Shown here piece after piece: positions 23,381 to 37,409 of a stretch of 64,000 nt of DNA (position 1 is the first letter of the stretch; each line of letters begins with the position of its first letter). The position numbers and the translations under genes were made by a program. The notes below the pieces were generated by a model that saw nothing but the letters and a program-made list of their open reading frames with translations, was not told the DNA's origin and searched no databases. The stretch covers positions 496,001-560,000 of the forward strand of contig JASVEC010000018.1 in the NCBI GenBank assembly GCA_030770535.1, written 5' to 3'. This DNA comes from Batkoa obscura. Lineage: Eukaryota.

Positions 23381-26300
23381 TTAACCTTGTAAACGATTAA
23401 ATAATTGAGTATTCCATTTAGGGAAAATTCTTTTATAAAGATAAAGACAAACAGTATCATGTTGTTTGATTGGATTATTAAATACACATTTCATATGTCC
23501 ATGAGTACCTAAAATAAAAATAATTATTAATATTAATATTAATATAATATAAAATATAAGAACATTATTTAGATATAGTCTAAAATAATAAATTAAAAAC
23601 TCACCAATGGAATCCTTAATATGTCCAAGTCGACCAAACTTGGTAATTAATTGAACTGGTTTAAACCAAGCAATATCTTCTTTATTAAAAAACATGAATC
23701 TAACTACAGCTGATTTACGATTCACTTTAAATGGATGACCAGTTAATATAATCCTTTTGACTATTATCCTATTACAATCACAATCTTTAAACGTTCCTGT
23801 TGCTACTAATTGAACATCTAAATAAATAAATAAATAAATGAATAAATAAATGAATAAATAAATTAATAAATAAATTAATATAAAATATAAAACTAAAATA
23901 GAATAATAATAATAATAATAATAATATTCTATTTTAAAAAACTTACTTTGTTGTATATCTTTTTTAAATAATAAACAAGAATCATTAGAAAATTGAATAG
24001 GACCATAAAAAGATAAATTATATGAATCTCCTGATGGTAAAAATCGCTCCATTTTATAAACATTATTTAACGGTTTCGATTTTTTTGCATTTTGAGAAAA
24101 TATAGGTTGAATTTTATATCGACGAAATCCACTTTGAATTAATATTGGATCCTGAATTAATATTAGAAAATTAATTAATATATACTATTATTTATTATTA
24201 TAAAAATGTTACCTTTGATTTAATAACTTCTTTATATTCTGTAGTACGAATGACATTATAATTCAATAATGTAATTTTATTACTATGTTGTAATAAACCA
24301 AATAGAATAAAAGGTAAATTTCTATTATACATTTCTATAAAGGTATATTTATTAATACTTAATTTATTAAAATTTATATTAAAAAAATAACTACTTACTT
24401 TCGATACTTCTAGGTACTTTATCAATATAAATTGTAACATAAGATCCTGCTTTTACTTTACTCTCATCAATTGTATTGGCTAATTTAATTACTTTTCTTT
24501 TAGTTTGAAGGTAATCTTTAATCATGAATATTCTAGAATAATCCATTGGTAAATTTTCATAAGGATCCCAAGGAGAAGATCTGATAGACAACATTCCTCT
24601 ATATTTTTGAAATCTTGTACGAGCCGTAGTATTTAATGGGGTATCTACTTCATCTGGGAATTCTTTATTACCTTCAAATTCATTCTCTCTTTGTTTAAGA
24701 TATTCATTATAACTAAAATAAAATAATAAAAATAAAATAATTTTAAAATCATTATAATATTTAATAACTTACTGCTCCATATCTTCTTCTTTAGTTAATA
24801 AATCAGCATTATTATTATCCTCTACTTGTTCATCTTCTTCAATAATATCTTCATATTCTTCTTCTGAATCTTCATTTTCTTCTTCATTTTCTTCTTCATC
24901 CATTTCTAAGTCTTCTTCTTCACCTTCGGATTCTACAATCCAAGCAGCTTGATAAGAAGAAGTACCTTTAATGACTCTTTTAGTTCTTGGTTTGGTTTCT
25001 GTGTCTAATCCAAGTTGTTCAATTCTTTCATCTGCTTCTTTTAATTCTTGTTCTGTTGGCCACGTTTGTTCACCTTCCATTAAATCAGGTTCATTACAAT
25101 TAATTAAAGAATCCTGTAAATATTTTGATATTAATTAATTGCTTTCTATAGAATTTTTAAAAATTACTTGTAATTCAGGGTTTGGTAATAACTGCATTTT
25201 ATTAGCTATTTGGGTTTGAATCTATTAATATTATTAATTTTTTATTATTAGTTTCTTATTATTAAATATTATTAGTTACTGTATGTTCACCAAGATATGG
25301 ATTAACAGCTGTTTCAATCTAAAATAAAATAAATATAAAGTAAATATAAAATAAATATAAAATAAATATAAAAAGTATTATTTTATAAAACTTACTGCTC
25401 TAATTTGAAAATCTCCTAGATCTTGTAAATGAACTAATCGATTAATATCCCAATTATTACCACGTACAAAACCAGTCACTGCTAATGTACCAAATTCCTA
25501 CAAAAATTATTAATATTATTAGCTATATTATTTATATACTCTATTAATTTTTTACTTGATTATTATTATCCACTTGATAATCTACATGATCTGCAAATAA
25601 ATAAGGATGATTTTCTCTAAATGAAATTAATTTCGGGGTTTGAGTAGCAATGGATCTTAATACACTTAAACATTCCTATAAAATAAAATAATTAACTTTA
25701 ATAAATTATTAAATGAAAATATTACCATTTCATTCTCTGCATTAAATACCTTATCATTTTCAGGAAAAAAATAATTAACAAAGCTAGATAATGATTTTTT
25801 AACATCTGGTTGAGATTTGACTGGTACTTGATTTAAGCCCTATATTTTTTTAATGTAAAAAATGTATTAGCATCTTTTAGTTTTTAATATTTCTAGTAAA
25901 AAATTTCTCTTTACCTCTACAAAATTAAATGAATTAGGAATACCCTGAGCTTGAATTGAAGAAATACAAAGTTCACCAAATTGGTCCACCTCTTTGGTAG
26001 CTGATAAAACAAAGATAACAAAATCAGCCACTTTAACACCGTCTAATATGGTATACAGATCTCGAGGTAATATTTGAAATTGTAATTTATGTTTTAGAAT
26101 ATCGGATCTATTTAAAAAAATTATTAATTCAAATATTCTTATTTCCTATTTTCAAGATGATAAATTAATATTTACTGTAAAGTAACACTGGATGTAAATG
26201 ACTCTGGTAACTGTTGTTTACTTGAATTAAATAATTTACCAATTAAATCAAGACTACTAACATCTTCACATAATGGAATTACTGCCTAAAAAGTGAATCC

Positions 26301-26606
26301 AATCAATATCTATCTTTCAAAGAAAACTTTTCATCTCGAACTTACTACTAACTTAGTTACTCCTAATTTCCCATTAAATAATTGATTTAACTCATCCAAT
26401 TTTAATTGTTTATTTTTTAATTGCATTTTGCTTTGATTTTTTCGATCTGATTTATTCAAATCTCCAGCTAATTTGCCTTTAGCTAATTTTATAGCATTCA
26501 CTTTTCCTTTGGCTAAATCACGTAATGCATTTTTACTACTATGTTTACTTTTAAATTTTTTATTCACTTGTTTCGTTGTTGCTCGATGATGGAACCCTTT
26601 ACCCAT
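23381..26606 (-). CDS. TSR1: TSR1, 40S ribosome biogenesis factor (BMS1/TSR1 family), multi-exon
   Basis: N-terminal KQVNKKFKSKHSSK; EQTWPTEQEL, KGTSSYQAAWI, SSPWDPYENLP, GTHGHMKCVF, DTVCLYLYKRIFPKW. Confidence 0.95.
23820..23927. repeat. (AAAT)n and (AAT)n microsatellites inside a TSR1 intron
   Basis: Direct reading. Confidence 0.8.
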
Positions 26607-27447
26607 GTTTCTTCAACAATTCTATAATTTCTATTTGTTCTATATAATTCTAGTTTCCTGAATGGAATTGAATTTGAAGAATGATATTTTAAAATGTTTA
26701 TTTGGAATTCATTCTGGGATCAATGTTATGGGAAAATTTGCATTTTATTCGAAAAATTAGAATGAGTTACTGGTTTTAGGAACTTGAGTTTATTGGATAT
26801 TTAGATCACTCTTTAACCAACATAAAAAATAGAAATATTTTAAGCTAAAAGTTGAAACAAAAGTTGATACTAAATAACATAGATTTGAAGGGACTAGCCG
26901 CTATGGACAAATGGTTTGTATGTCCAGTAACACATCCCTTCAAATCTATATTATTACTATTAAGAAATGTTATGTTGCTATAATGTCTTTTATAAAGTTT
27001 TAAAGATGTCAAAATTAAATGGCAATCAAAATTAATGTACAAACTAAGCTGAAATTTAGTGATAGAAAAACCAGCCTTTACATCACAGTTTACAATATCA
27101 ACTTGCAATTAAAGCATAAAGCATGTTAAGTGAAGTAAATAACTTTTTTTGTTTGATATATTTTATAAAATATGGTACAAACTTTTGGCTAAAATTGTTG
27201 TTTACTTTAGGTTAAATTTTGCTCTAATTTTATTTGCTAGTTTTAGTATTTTTGAAATTTTATAAAAAATGCTGTAATTTGAATAAGTAGCTTAGATAAT
27301 TATTAAGGATGTCTTTTAAACTTATTAATAATTTTTCCACTTAGTAATGTTTCTAAAATGGAAAATAGTGAAATCAAGAAAAAGCTTCATATTTGGTTAT
27401 ATGTATGTTTTAGGCAAAAAAGCTAATACAGATGAAAAATTGTATAA

Positions 27448-27520
27448 AGCCCAACGCGGGGGTCGAACCCGCAACCTTGAGATTAAGAGTCTCACGCTCT
27501 GCCGATTGAGCTAGCCAGGC
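27448..27520 (-). tRNA. tRNA-Lys(CTT)
   Basis: Reverse complement GCCTGGCTAGCTCAATCGGCAGAGCGTGAGACTCTTAATCTCAAGGTTGCGGGTTCGACCCCCGCGTTGGGC folds as a cloverleaf. Confidence 0.96.
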
Positions 27521-27783
27521 TATTTATTTTCAGTCATTGAGATTCCTCCTAGTTTTTTAGATATAATTTTTTTTATATTCTATGATTTAAGCTCATATTT
27601 TATTTACTAAATAAGATACTAATTTTAGGTTAAAATTATTTAATCCTTTTTGATTTTTTGATTTTTTGATTTTTTTTTGTAAAATATTAATTTTTCAAAG
27701 TAGTTATCAAAGATTAATTGAGTTGAATCTTTTAAAAGTAAAATAAATTATGATTTTTACATAAAATGTTTAAAGTAAAAAAT

Positions 27784-27881
27784 GGGATATATTTTTTTGT
27801 GTGAGAATTTCACTACCAATCTTTCTACTAAAATAACGCTTAGAAAATGGAAAAAGTAATGAAACCAAAAAAATCATCTCC
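27784..27881 (-). mobile_element. ~100-bp MITE copy
   Basis: Reverse-complement consensus match; direct repeat AAAT on both flanks. Confidence 0.8.
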
Positions 27882-28850
27882 AAATGAATATTCCAAATAA
27901 TAACCCAATCTACCAATTTTTGAGCGAATTTAATATTCTCAAACATTCAAAGATGTCAATTTACATAACATTGTCATGCTTTTATTAGTTTGCTATTAAG
28001 GATATACAATATACTAAATACTAAAGTAAACTTTATGGAAGACTCTCAATATGATATCTGATATAGATATTAATATATCAAGTTATAGATTTAATACTTT
28101 ATCTTAAAGTTAATTTTAATTCATTTAAACCATATTTTATAAAACTATACCGTATTTATCAAATGTTTAATAATTATGACCAAAGTTCGCAATCTGTGGC
28201 TTTATTATATGATTGTTTCAAAAAAATCCTTCAATGTTTATAATAAATAATATATCACACAAACCTTTCAACAACTTATGGTCCTCTTAGCCTAAATCTT
28301 ATTAAAGTATATCTATATTTTTACCTCTCATTTGAATGGAATAGGAAATATTTACCAAAGACAAATACAATTTCGAGAAGAATTAAATAAAATTCCAACC
28401 TTAATTTGACCAATCATTCTCATTTAATTTTCTATCAGGCTATTTTATTAAAACATCAAGAGAACCAATATTTTTATATTAGCATTAATAGGGTTCCAAT
28501 TTGTATATCGTATGTGGCATAAATTTTTACCTCTCGGATAAATTTAGCTGGCATTTAATAATAAGACAATTAAGAGAATCAATACTAATCAAAATAAAGA
28601 AATTTAGAATTTAATCCAATAAATTTAACATTAAAAAAATGTATATATTCTAATTGATCTTTTTTGAAAACTAAAGTAAATACTTTGTATTTTCTCAAAC
28701 TTATTAATTTATAACTTTCATTTAGCTTCAAATCCCTTTAAATAACTCATCAATGTATGTTTTAATTTATTTAAAATTTTATTAATCTTTGGTTTCTTTA
28801 TAACTTCTAATTTTTTATTTTACAGTTGATTAAAATTAAATATTAAAAAC

Positions 28851-31800
28851 ATGGCGCAAATTGTAAAAGCTCTATGTGATCATATATCTGAAGATACTTC
28901 TTTACTTACTTTCCGTCAAGGTGATATATTTCAAGTAACTTCTCATGAAGAGTCTGGTTGGTGGGAAGGTAAAATGGATGATCGCACTGGTTTATTTCCA
29001 CCACAGTATGTTATGGGTTTAACTATTGAAGAAGAAAGAGAGTATCATGATAAAGTAAGAAAAAATAGTACTAACTAGTTCATTACTCTAACTTTTTAAA
29101 GGTAAACGAGTTAAAATTTTCCGAAACAACAATGAATAAAAGAAATGGCCCAGGTTCCATTTTAAACGAAAGGAAAAGCAGCAATGTAAGTTTCAATGAT
29201 GAAGAGTCCATCTTACCACCAAAAAGTTTCCTTTCAAGCCATATGGAAGAAGAAGAAGATATGTCATTTCAACTTGATGAAGGTTTAGAATTTCTTGCGC
29301 TTCATCCAACAGAATCTTGGCGCTTACAAATATTTCAAACTTTGTATAATGAAATAATACCTCGTCAAGTAAATATTCATTTATTTTTATTGTTAATATC
29401 TAAGTATTTTAGTATATAGAATTACCTGATCCAACAAAATTATTACCCCCTTATTGGGGTGTCACCAGCGATATGAGTGGTAAACAATATTATTTTAATT
29501 TCATTAATGATATCATTTCCTGGGAGTTTCCATGCCAAGATAGTAATGCTAGAATTTTGGTAAATTAAACCAATACAAATACATTTAAATAGCTAATCAT
29601 AATTATTAGCCAAAGCCAATTTCTCGAATAGCTTCTTCAAGGAATTCTTCAATTTCTGAAAGCTCAGATGCTTCAGATGATAGTGATACAATTGCAGATC
29701 CATTATTTGATCCACAACCACGTCGAGCACGTCGACCATCAGGATTTGTATCTTCATTAGATGCTGATTCTTCAGAATTATCATGGGCTTCAGTAACTTC
29801 ATCAATAGTGTTGTCTGTTCATCGTTTGAATCATTCGATAAAAAATAAGTTAAAGTGGGATTATGTTTATCATACCAATTGCATTGTTAAATCCATTCAA
29901 AAACTTTTAGCTTCTGCTGGAATCACTGAACAAGATTATTCCATTTTAAACTCACATGCTTTATTAAAAGCACATCATTCCCATCTTTTAAAAACTTTAG
30001 GAAAGTTGGTTTTAGCTTCTAGAATGGCTTCATCTATTTGGCCATCACCTGATGCCCTTAATAACCTCCAAAGTTTATCAAATGATATATTACTCACTGT
30101 TCGTCATTTTGTAACAACAGCACAAGAAAATGGGATAAGAGTTAAACCACAAGAAGACTCAGAAGCACCAGACAGTACTTCAGAAGAAGTAACTGATCTT
30201 TTTGAAAAGCTAGGTGAAATTGTGTTAAAAATATCAACTGATGTCCTTTATCTTAACAATGCCAGGAATGAGGATCTAGAAGATAGCTTAAAGCTTGCTA
30301 AATGTATAAAGAGAATTATTTTACATACTGGTGAATTTTTAGTTCCAGTTAGCACTTTAAATTTTTCTGATTCTCCAGAAAAAATGGTTGTCAATTTTAA
30401 TGGATACCTTCAGTCATTATATGAACAAACCGGTTTACTCACTGTTACTGCTCAAGGCGCATCTAGACTAAAAAATATTGAAGCTAGATTAGAAAAGATT
30501 CGTAAAGCCACTGCTGAACTTGAATGTTTAACTTATAAGATACTTATTGGAGCTAAGTTTCTTCAGGAAGAAAGGGACCAATACGAATACCTACAATTAA
30601 AGAAAGAAGTTGACCGTATAGAAACTAGTCTCAATAATGATTCTGGTTCTAAATCCATTGAAATGTTATTAAAATTCCGTCCTCGTAGAGCCATTTCCAT
30701 GTCCTTTTATAATATTAATGGTTTAACCAATGGTATTATAAGGCCAGATCAATTTAATGGAATGGGTGAATATAAACCTATGATACCACTTGAAAGAGGA
30801 CAAAGATCAATGTCTTCACCATCTCCTAATATACGCTCTGCACAATCCATGGAAACTTTCCCACGTTTAATGTATCCAAATGGTAATGTAGAAAACTTAA
30901 CACCTAATTCTAGAACTCAAAATCATACTACTCGCCATTCTATTTCTCACTCTGTAAAATCAAACAATTCTAATGATGGAGCTGAGGGATCCATTATGTA
31001 TTCTGATATGGGAGCTATGTCTCCAACAAGAGCTAGATCCATACGCCATATGGAGAAACCATGGTTCTTGGAGCATACTTATCAAGATGATAGTATTATA
31101 ATTGTAGATAATGTTGTTAAAGGAGGTACTGTAGTTTCATTAGTAGAGCGCCTTACATCTCATGATACCCTTGATACTTCATTTATTGCTACCTTTTTAC
31201 TAACCTATCGCTCATTTACAACAACTGTCGAATTTTTTGATTTGTTATTTAGAAGATTCAATTTACAATGCCCAAATGGACTTCAACCAGATGAACAAGA
31301 GCTTTGGTCCGAAAAAAAACTAACACCAGTTCGATTAAGAGTATTTAACATTATGAAAATATGGTTGGAAACATATTACAACGAAGGAGAAGATCAAGTT
31401 GGCCTTGAAAATTTAAGACAATTTGCCTGTACAACTATGAATGAAGTGATGCCTAAACCAGCTTCTCTTATCGTTCAACTTATTTCTAAGCGTAGAGAAT
31501 CGAGTGATGTTGCTCTTCGTAAAATGATCTTAAATGCACGTACTGCTCCACCTCCTATCCTTCCTAAAAATATGAACAAACTTAAACTTTTGGACCTTGA
31601 TCCATTAGAAATTGCACGTCAACTTACAATTATTGATTCTAACAATTATAACAAAATTAAACCTACCGAATTCCTCAATAAAGCTTGGAGTCGTAAAGAT
31701 GCTAATGGCTATGTAAAGATAATGACTGACATGTCTAATAAAGTCACACGTTGGGTAGCAGATGCTGTTTTAATGAGAAAGGATGTAAAGAAACGTACAA

Positions 31801-32351
31801 TGGTAATCAAACATTTCATCAATGTTATGGATAAAGCTTTTCAACTAAACAATTACAATACAATGATGGCCATTATAGCTGGATTTACAGTAGCACCCGT
31901 GTTTCGATTGAAACGTACTTGGGATTTAGTACCAGTAAAAACTGTACATCTATTTGAACATTATAAAGCTTTAATGGATACATCTCGTAACTTTGCAAAG
32001 TATAGAGAGTTGTTACACTCTGTTGATCCACCATGTGTGCCTTTCCTTGGATTGTATCTTACTGATCTTACATTCAATGATGATGGTAATCCAGATTACC
32101 TACCATCAGCTCCTCATTTGATCAACTTTTCTAAACAAGCCAAAACTGCTGAAACTATAAGAGAAATTCAACAATTCCAAAATTCCCCTTATTCACTAGA
32201 TTCAGTTGCAGAGATTCAAGAATATATATTGAAGAGCATAGAAGAAACTTCAGATATGACCGTATTATATGATATTTCATTAAAACTAGAACCAAGGGAA
32301 AGAGATGATGAAAAGATAGCAAGATTGCTTCATGAATCTGGGTTCTTATAA
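28851..32351 (+). CDS. CDC25: CDC25/SDC25-type Ras guanine nucleotide exchange factor (SH3, WW, REM and RasGEF domains), multi-exon
   Basis: SH3 (ALCDH..GWWEG..GLFPPQYV); WW exon (LPPYWG..QYYFN..SWEFP, ~29445-29530); REM (FLLTYRSF); catalytic domain (EIARQLT, PPCVPFLGLYLTDLTF, LINFSK). Confidence 0.93.
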
Positions 32352-32543
32352 ATCAGTATCGGAACTTCTTAAACTCTTTAACTATTCTATTTATAGTATG
32401 TTAAATTATATCTATTAACTCATCAGCTTTCTTTGCAATATACCAAATTTTTAATTTTAATATTTTTGGAAAATTACCTTTATTAAATTTTATAAATAAA
32501 GTCAAAATAAAAATGGATGTTCTTTTTATTTAATATAACATAT

Positions 32544-33709
32544 TTAATTGTATTCATTATGGAGAATACTTAAAGTTACTAAATCTCTAACATGTTTTAA
32601 AGAAACAAGGTAATCATCATCCATAATATGATGACTAGGCATTTCTTCACTATCACAGCTACTTTCGAAGATTCCAAACCTATCAAGCTCCCATCGATAA
32701 CCCCAATTCAATTTAAAATCTTTTTTAAAGTATCTGGGTTGAGCTAACTGCATAACTTTAACCATTTCTTCACCCATAACTCTTTGTATACGCTTACTTC
32801 CATGCCCCAAATCCCAAAAAAAATAACTTGTTGGATTTGAACAGTTTGTAGATTCTTCTTCGTATAAAGTACATGGGTGAGTTAAATTATAACCTCCAGT
32901 TTTTTGGATTTCTTTTGGTGGGGTTTTAATTATTGTTTTAAATATTTCTATATGAAAAGTTTTGAGATATGAGTTATTAAATATTAGTTAAAATTAAAAG
33001 TTACCGTCAAAATCTACAGTATAAAAATGCACGTTAGGATGACTAGCTTTTAAATCCCTTAATAAAAAGTCAAAAAAGATTAAATGTAATCTAAAGATAT
33101 AAAAATAAAGTTTAAGTCTATAAGGATCTAAATACTTGGTATGAGGAATCATAGGCACATTAAATGATTTTGGTAAAAGGAAATGTTGTATACCATTCTC
33201 TATTAAAAGTTCGATTGCCACTTTATAATTTTCATTAACTAAATCTGGAGACGCAAAACCTAAGGAATAATCACTGCCACCAAAATAAAATGAAACTAAT
33301 ATATCTTTTCTTTGTTCTTTTTTTGGCCACTCTAAATTTAAGTATCTTTTAACTGAATCGGCTTGTTGAATAGCGCCTGGCACAGTATCTATAAAATTAA
33401 GTAAATAGCTTCAAAACAACCACCCGTTAACTTACTATTCCGGTATTGACTACTAGAGGTAGCATTGGCATAAGCAAAGTTGATTTGTTTTACATCCCCC
33501 AAATATTGATGAATGACATCGACCCATAATGGTCCATTAGAAAATCGGTTTTCAAAGTTGTATGGTGGAGGTAAAGTTTTATTTAATAAATAATAAAAGT
33601 TACCACCATCAGACCAAGAATCTCCCATCACTATAAACTCTTTAAATTTACATTGAATACTTGGAATTATATTAAATAGGAAAAATAAATAGTTGAGCGA
33701 ATTTAGCAT
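32544..33709 (-). CDS. Secreted GDSL/SGNH lipase-esterase, two introns
   Basis: Signal peptide; block I GDSWSD, RFSNGPLWVD, block III GGSDY, block V FFWDLGH; GT-AG introns near 33390-33436 and 32950-33003 restore the frame. Confidence 0.88.
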
Positions 33710-34000
33710 ACTGTACTTCTAGTAAAAAAATGATTTACTTTAGCCTTTGTTTACATCTTTTATACTTTTTAACATAAATGTTACCCCACACTTGTGTTTT
33801 TGATTTCTTGTTTTATAAATTTTGATTACGTTTCATATTTGGTAATTTATTAAACACAAATTTAGTTTGGACAAAATCCAAAAACACAACTTTGATAAAA
33901 AAAATTCAAAAGTAACTACATACAATTTTAAAAAAGTAATAATAATAATTTTATTTCAATAATAAACACTCTATCTTAATAAATAAATAAAAATACTATT

Positions 34001-35083
34001 TTAAAGCTGTTTTTCGTTTATTGTATTATCTTCAGGTACATTCTGAAACTGATAAATTAAGTTTAACAAATTAGGATCCATATTACGGAAATGTAAAGCT
34101 AGGAGAGAGGGATTAACTGACAAGTCCTCCATATGATTGCTAGAAACATTTGGAATTAATTCTTGATGAGAATGTTGCATATGGTACTTCAGTCCATTCG
34201 AATTTTTATAAGAGTGAAAACATCCTTTAACTTGACATTTGTATGGTTTTTCACTGTCTTGATTCGATTTGGTACTGCAGCGTCCTCGATTGATATGATA
34301 CTTCAATCCATTGGGGTTTTTATATATTTTGGTGCAGCCTTCTGTAGGACATTTATAAACTTTACCATCTTCATTGCATCCCGCTTGATATTCCATCTCA
34401 TACTCTTCCAAATCATCCCCTATTTGCGTTGGTGGCTCACTAGGAGAAGTAGATGACATAATACAATCATTAGAATCTACATTCTTGTCTTTAAGCTGCA
34501 ATTGCTCTAAAGCTGTGTAAAATATATTTGGATTATTTCTCGCCTGCTCGGCAAGGTTCCATAAGCTTAAGTGGTGCTCACCATAAGTTTGACGAAAGTT
34601 ATCCATCATCTGTTCATTGCAATCATCCAAAGAAAACTCAAGGGATGGCATTTCAGCAATTGGTATCGAAGTACTAGCTAACAGTTGGGAGTAGCTTCTG
34701 GTTTGTGGTAACACTTCATCCATAGTTTGTGATGTATAATTAATCAAGTTTCCATCCTTATCTCTTGTTGGTGTATGGTATTCCTCATAATGTTCGACCA
34801 TATTTTTATAATTAGTTATTGTTAAGCCACAGCAAATTAAATTATTAAAAAAGTCGTCGTTCAAGCCAGACTGATTTAAAAAGTTTAACTCACTTTCATT
34901 TAGTTTATTTTGATCTAAATGTGTTGTTCCTTGACTTATTACTGCATTTAGTTGTATTTTATTTGAATTCTCACTACAATGTCTGTTTATGCTTTCTAGA
35001 GCCCCCCTTACAGAGGAAGAGGATTCCGGTGTTAAAGGGAAGTCTGAAGCATCTGAAGTAAAATCACTATCGTTGAGGGACAT
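34001..35083 (-). CDS. SFP1: SFP1-like split C2H2 zinc-finger transcription factor
   Basis: N-terminal CCG...HYEEYH finger and two C-terminal fingers with YKNxNGLKYH. Confidence 0.85.
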   Translation of the reverse strand: MSLNDSDFTSDASDFPLTPESSSSVRGALESINRHCSENSNKIQLNAVISQGTTHLDQNKLNESELNFLNQSGLNDDFFNNLICCGLTITNYKNMVEHYEEYHTPTRDKDGNLINYTSQTMDEVLPQTRSYSQLLASTSIPIAEMPSLEFSLDDCNEQMMDNFRQTYGEHHLSLWNLAEQARNNPNIFYTALEQLQLKDKNVDSNDCIMSSTSPSEPPTQIGDDLEEYEMEYQAGCNEDGKVYKCPTEGCTKIYKNPNGLKYHINRGRCSTKSNQDSEKPYKCQVKGCFHSYKNSNGLKYHMQHSHQELIPNVSSNHMEDLSVNPSLLALHFRNMDPNLLNLIYQFQNVPEDNTINEKQL

Positions 35084-36067
35084 TTCTATGTTGAAATATA
35101 ATATATAATAAAAAGAATAATATAAAAGGATCTATAAACAACTATAACTGAACGAGTATAAATTATAAAATATATATGGCACTGTGCAGCTTATCCAAAA
35201 TAAGGTTACTAATTCTAGCCTAGTATCAATCTTTGGTCAATGTGCTGACAATTTCTATGGAGAAGGTAACCAGAACTTATCTTATTTTAAATCATATTTA
35301 ATACTTTCTAGCCCCTCGGCTGAGCCAATAGTTTCTCAATTTGGCTTTTTAGCAAATAAAACCAATGGTCTTATTTAATAAAGCCAATCATATGCACTGC
35401 ATGACAACTAGCAAATTGTAATGAATTATTGTAGGAATAAATTATTTAATAAATTTAAATAGGCCGTACAACTAATAACAATAAACTAGGGGTAGATATG
35501 AATTGGTAGCAAATTATGGGATTCATATAGTTCAAAATTTCAATGAATTAGAAAATTACTAAAATGCTCATTTAAACATGAGATTAACTAAAAATAATTT
35601 AATATAGCCAAACATACATTGGAATAATTAGGTTCATTTGTTTAAAATTATTATAGCGATTTTATTTTCATGTAATGGTGTTGATTAAAAATAAACTTAT
35701 AATCACTAAAATGACATAATATTCTAATGGTTGTATTCGGGAACTATACACTTGTTAGATATCACTGCTGGAAATACCTGACCATAATATATGAAACAAA
35801 AGATTGATATAGGTCGTTAAGTTTATGCTGAAAGGTTTTACTTGTTAAACAAAATACATCTTTAATAAACAAAAAGATATGCACCCAAATATCAAGCAAA
35901 GAATCATTCTTAATTACAGCTTTGGAACTTTATTGTGACCAAGTTTGTGGTAATTTGAAGCCAAATATTTACCAATTTGCTTTATCAAAAGTAAAACCTT
36001 TCAGCATAAGCTTAACAATTTATGATAATAAATCAATATAAATATAATATTTTTAATTTTAAAGTAT

Positions 36068-36163
36068 GAGGATGTATTTTTTTGTTTAAGAATTTTACTA
36101 CCAATTTTTCTGATCAGATAGCGCTTAGAAAATGTAAAAAACAGTGAAACCAAAAACATCCCC
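36068..36163 (-). mobile_element. ~100-bp MITE copy
   Basis: Reverse-complement consensus match. Confidence 0.85.
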
Positions 36164-36600
36164 ATATTTTATCAAATTTAACTTTTTTTAATTACTAAAC
36201 AATAAAGTATAAATATGTTTTTTTAACCTTATTTTTTTAGCTCTTAAACATCACTTAAATAAAAAAACTCAGCAAAATTCTTAAACGCAAAAATACGTTT
36301 TCATATTTTTATAATTAATAAAGATAAAAATAAAGTTGACAACATTTTATAAATAATTATTTGGAATTGAAATTAAAAATAAAGAAATTAAATTAAAAAA
36401 ATACTTTTGTATTATTTTAATACATATATTATCAATATTTAAAATTTTCAGCTAATGATTTAACTTTAAGTTATTTTATTTCAACCTTTTTAGTTTCTAA
36501 ATTTTAGCTTTATTACTTATTTTGTAATTTACTTTTAGATTTCTTATATTAAAGTTTATATCTACTTAAAAATTTATTTTAAAATAAATGAATAAAATTT

Positions 36601-36700
36601 GGGGATGTTTTTTTTGGTTTCATTACTTTTTCTATTTTTCCGCTTAAATAGCGTTTAAAAAATAGAAAAAGTAATGGAGCCAAAACATCCCCACATCCCC
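36601..36700. mobile_element. Chimeric fold-back MITE (two left halves joined in inverted orientation)
   Basis: ggggatgttt..cattactttttctattttt joined to ccgcttaaatagcg..aatagaaaaagtaatg..aacatcccc-acatcccc; ATTT on both flanks. Confidence 0.8.
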
Positions 36701-36949
36701 ATTTAATTCTTTTTATTTGACAACTTTTAAAAACTATTGTAATAAGTTTTATTTTATGTTATTAAAATAAATTTTAATGATTTAATAGTTTTAGTTTTTT
36801 ATAAATAAATGTTAAATTTTTTTATTTATAATATTTAAAAGATTTACCACTATCTAATAAGAAAGCTAATATTATTCACTTATTTATTTATTATAATAAA
36901 AATTACTGCAATGTTTAAAAAGTTTTAAATAACATTTTTTTTAATATAT

Positions 36950-37049
36950 GGGGATGTTTCTTTTTGATTTCATTACTTTTCTATTTTTTTAAGCGCTATT
37001 TGAGTGGAAAGATTGCTAATAAAATTATTAAATAAAAAAATACATTCCC
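36950..37049 (+). mobile_element. ~100-bp MITE copy
   Basis: Consensus match; ATAT on both flanks. Confidence 0.88.
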
Positions 37050-37144
37050 ATATGATTTTTTTAATTAAATAGCCTCCATGCAAGATTTTATTTAACTTTT
37101 TGCATTTAAAAAGCACAATATTTGTTTTTATTTACTTATAATAT

Positions 37145-37242
37145 GGGGATGTATTCTTAGGTTTAAGAATTTTACTAACAATTTTTCCGCTCAGATAGGG
37201 CTTAAAAAAATAGAAAAGTAATGAAATCAAAAAAAAACATCC
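37145..37242 (-). mobile_element. ~100-bp MITE copy
   Basis: Reverse-complement consensus match; ATAT on both flanks. Confidence 0.85.
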
Positions 37243-37409
37243 ATATATCTTCAAACGTTTTATCAAATTAAATAACTAATTTAAAATAAAAAACCATATA
37301 CATGAATCACATCTTATTTTAATACTTTATTACTATAAACATCAGCACAATATTCAATAAAGATATTTGAAAATTTTATAATTAATAATTCATTCTGGAA
37401 CTATTTCAT

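Noticed and set aside
23381..24052. Poly-Tyr and (YLFI)n hydrophobic stretches in the ORF track
   Set aside because: They are read-through of TSR1 introns containing microsatellites.
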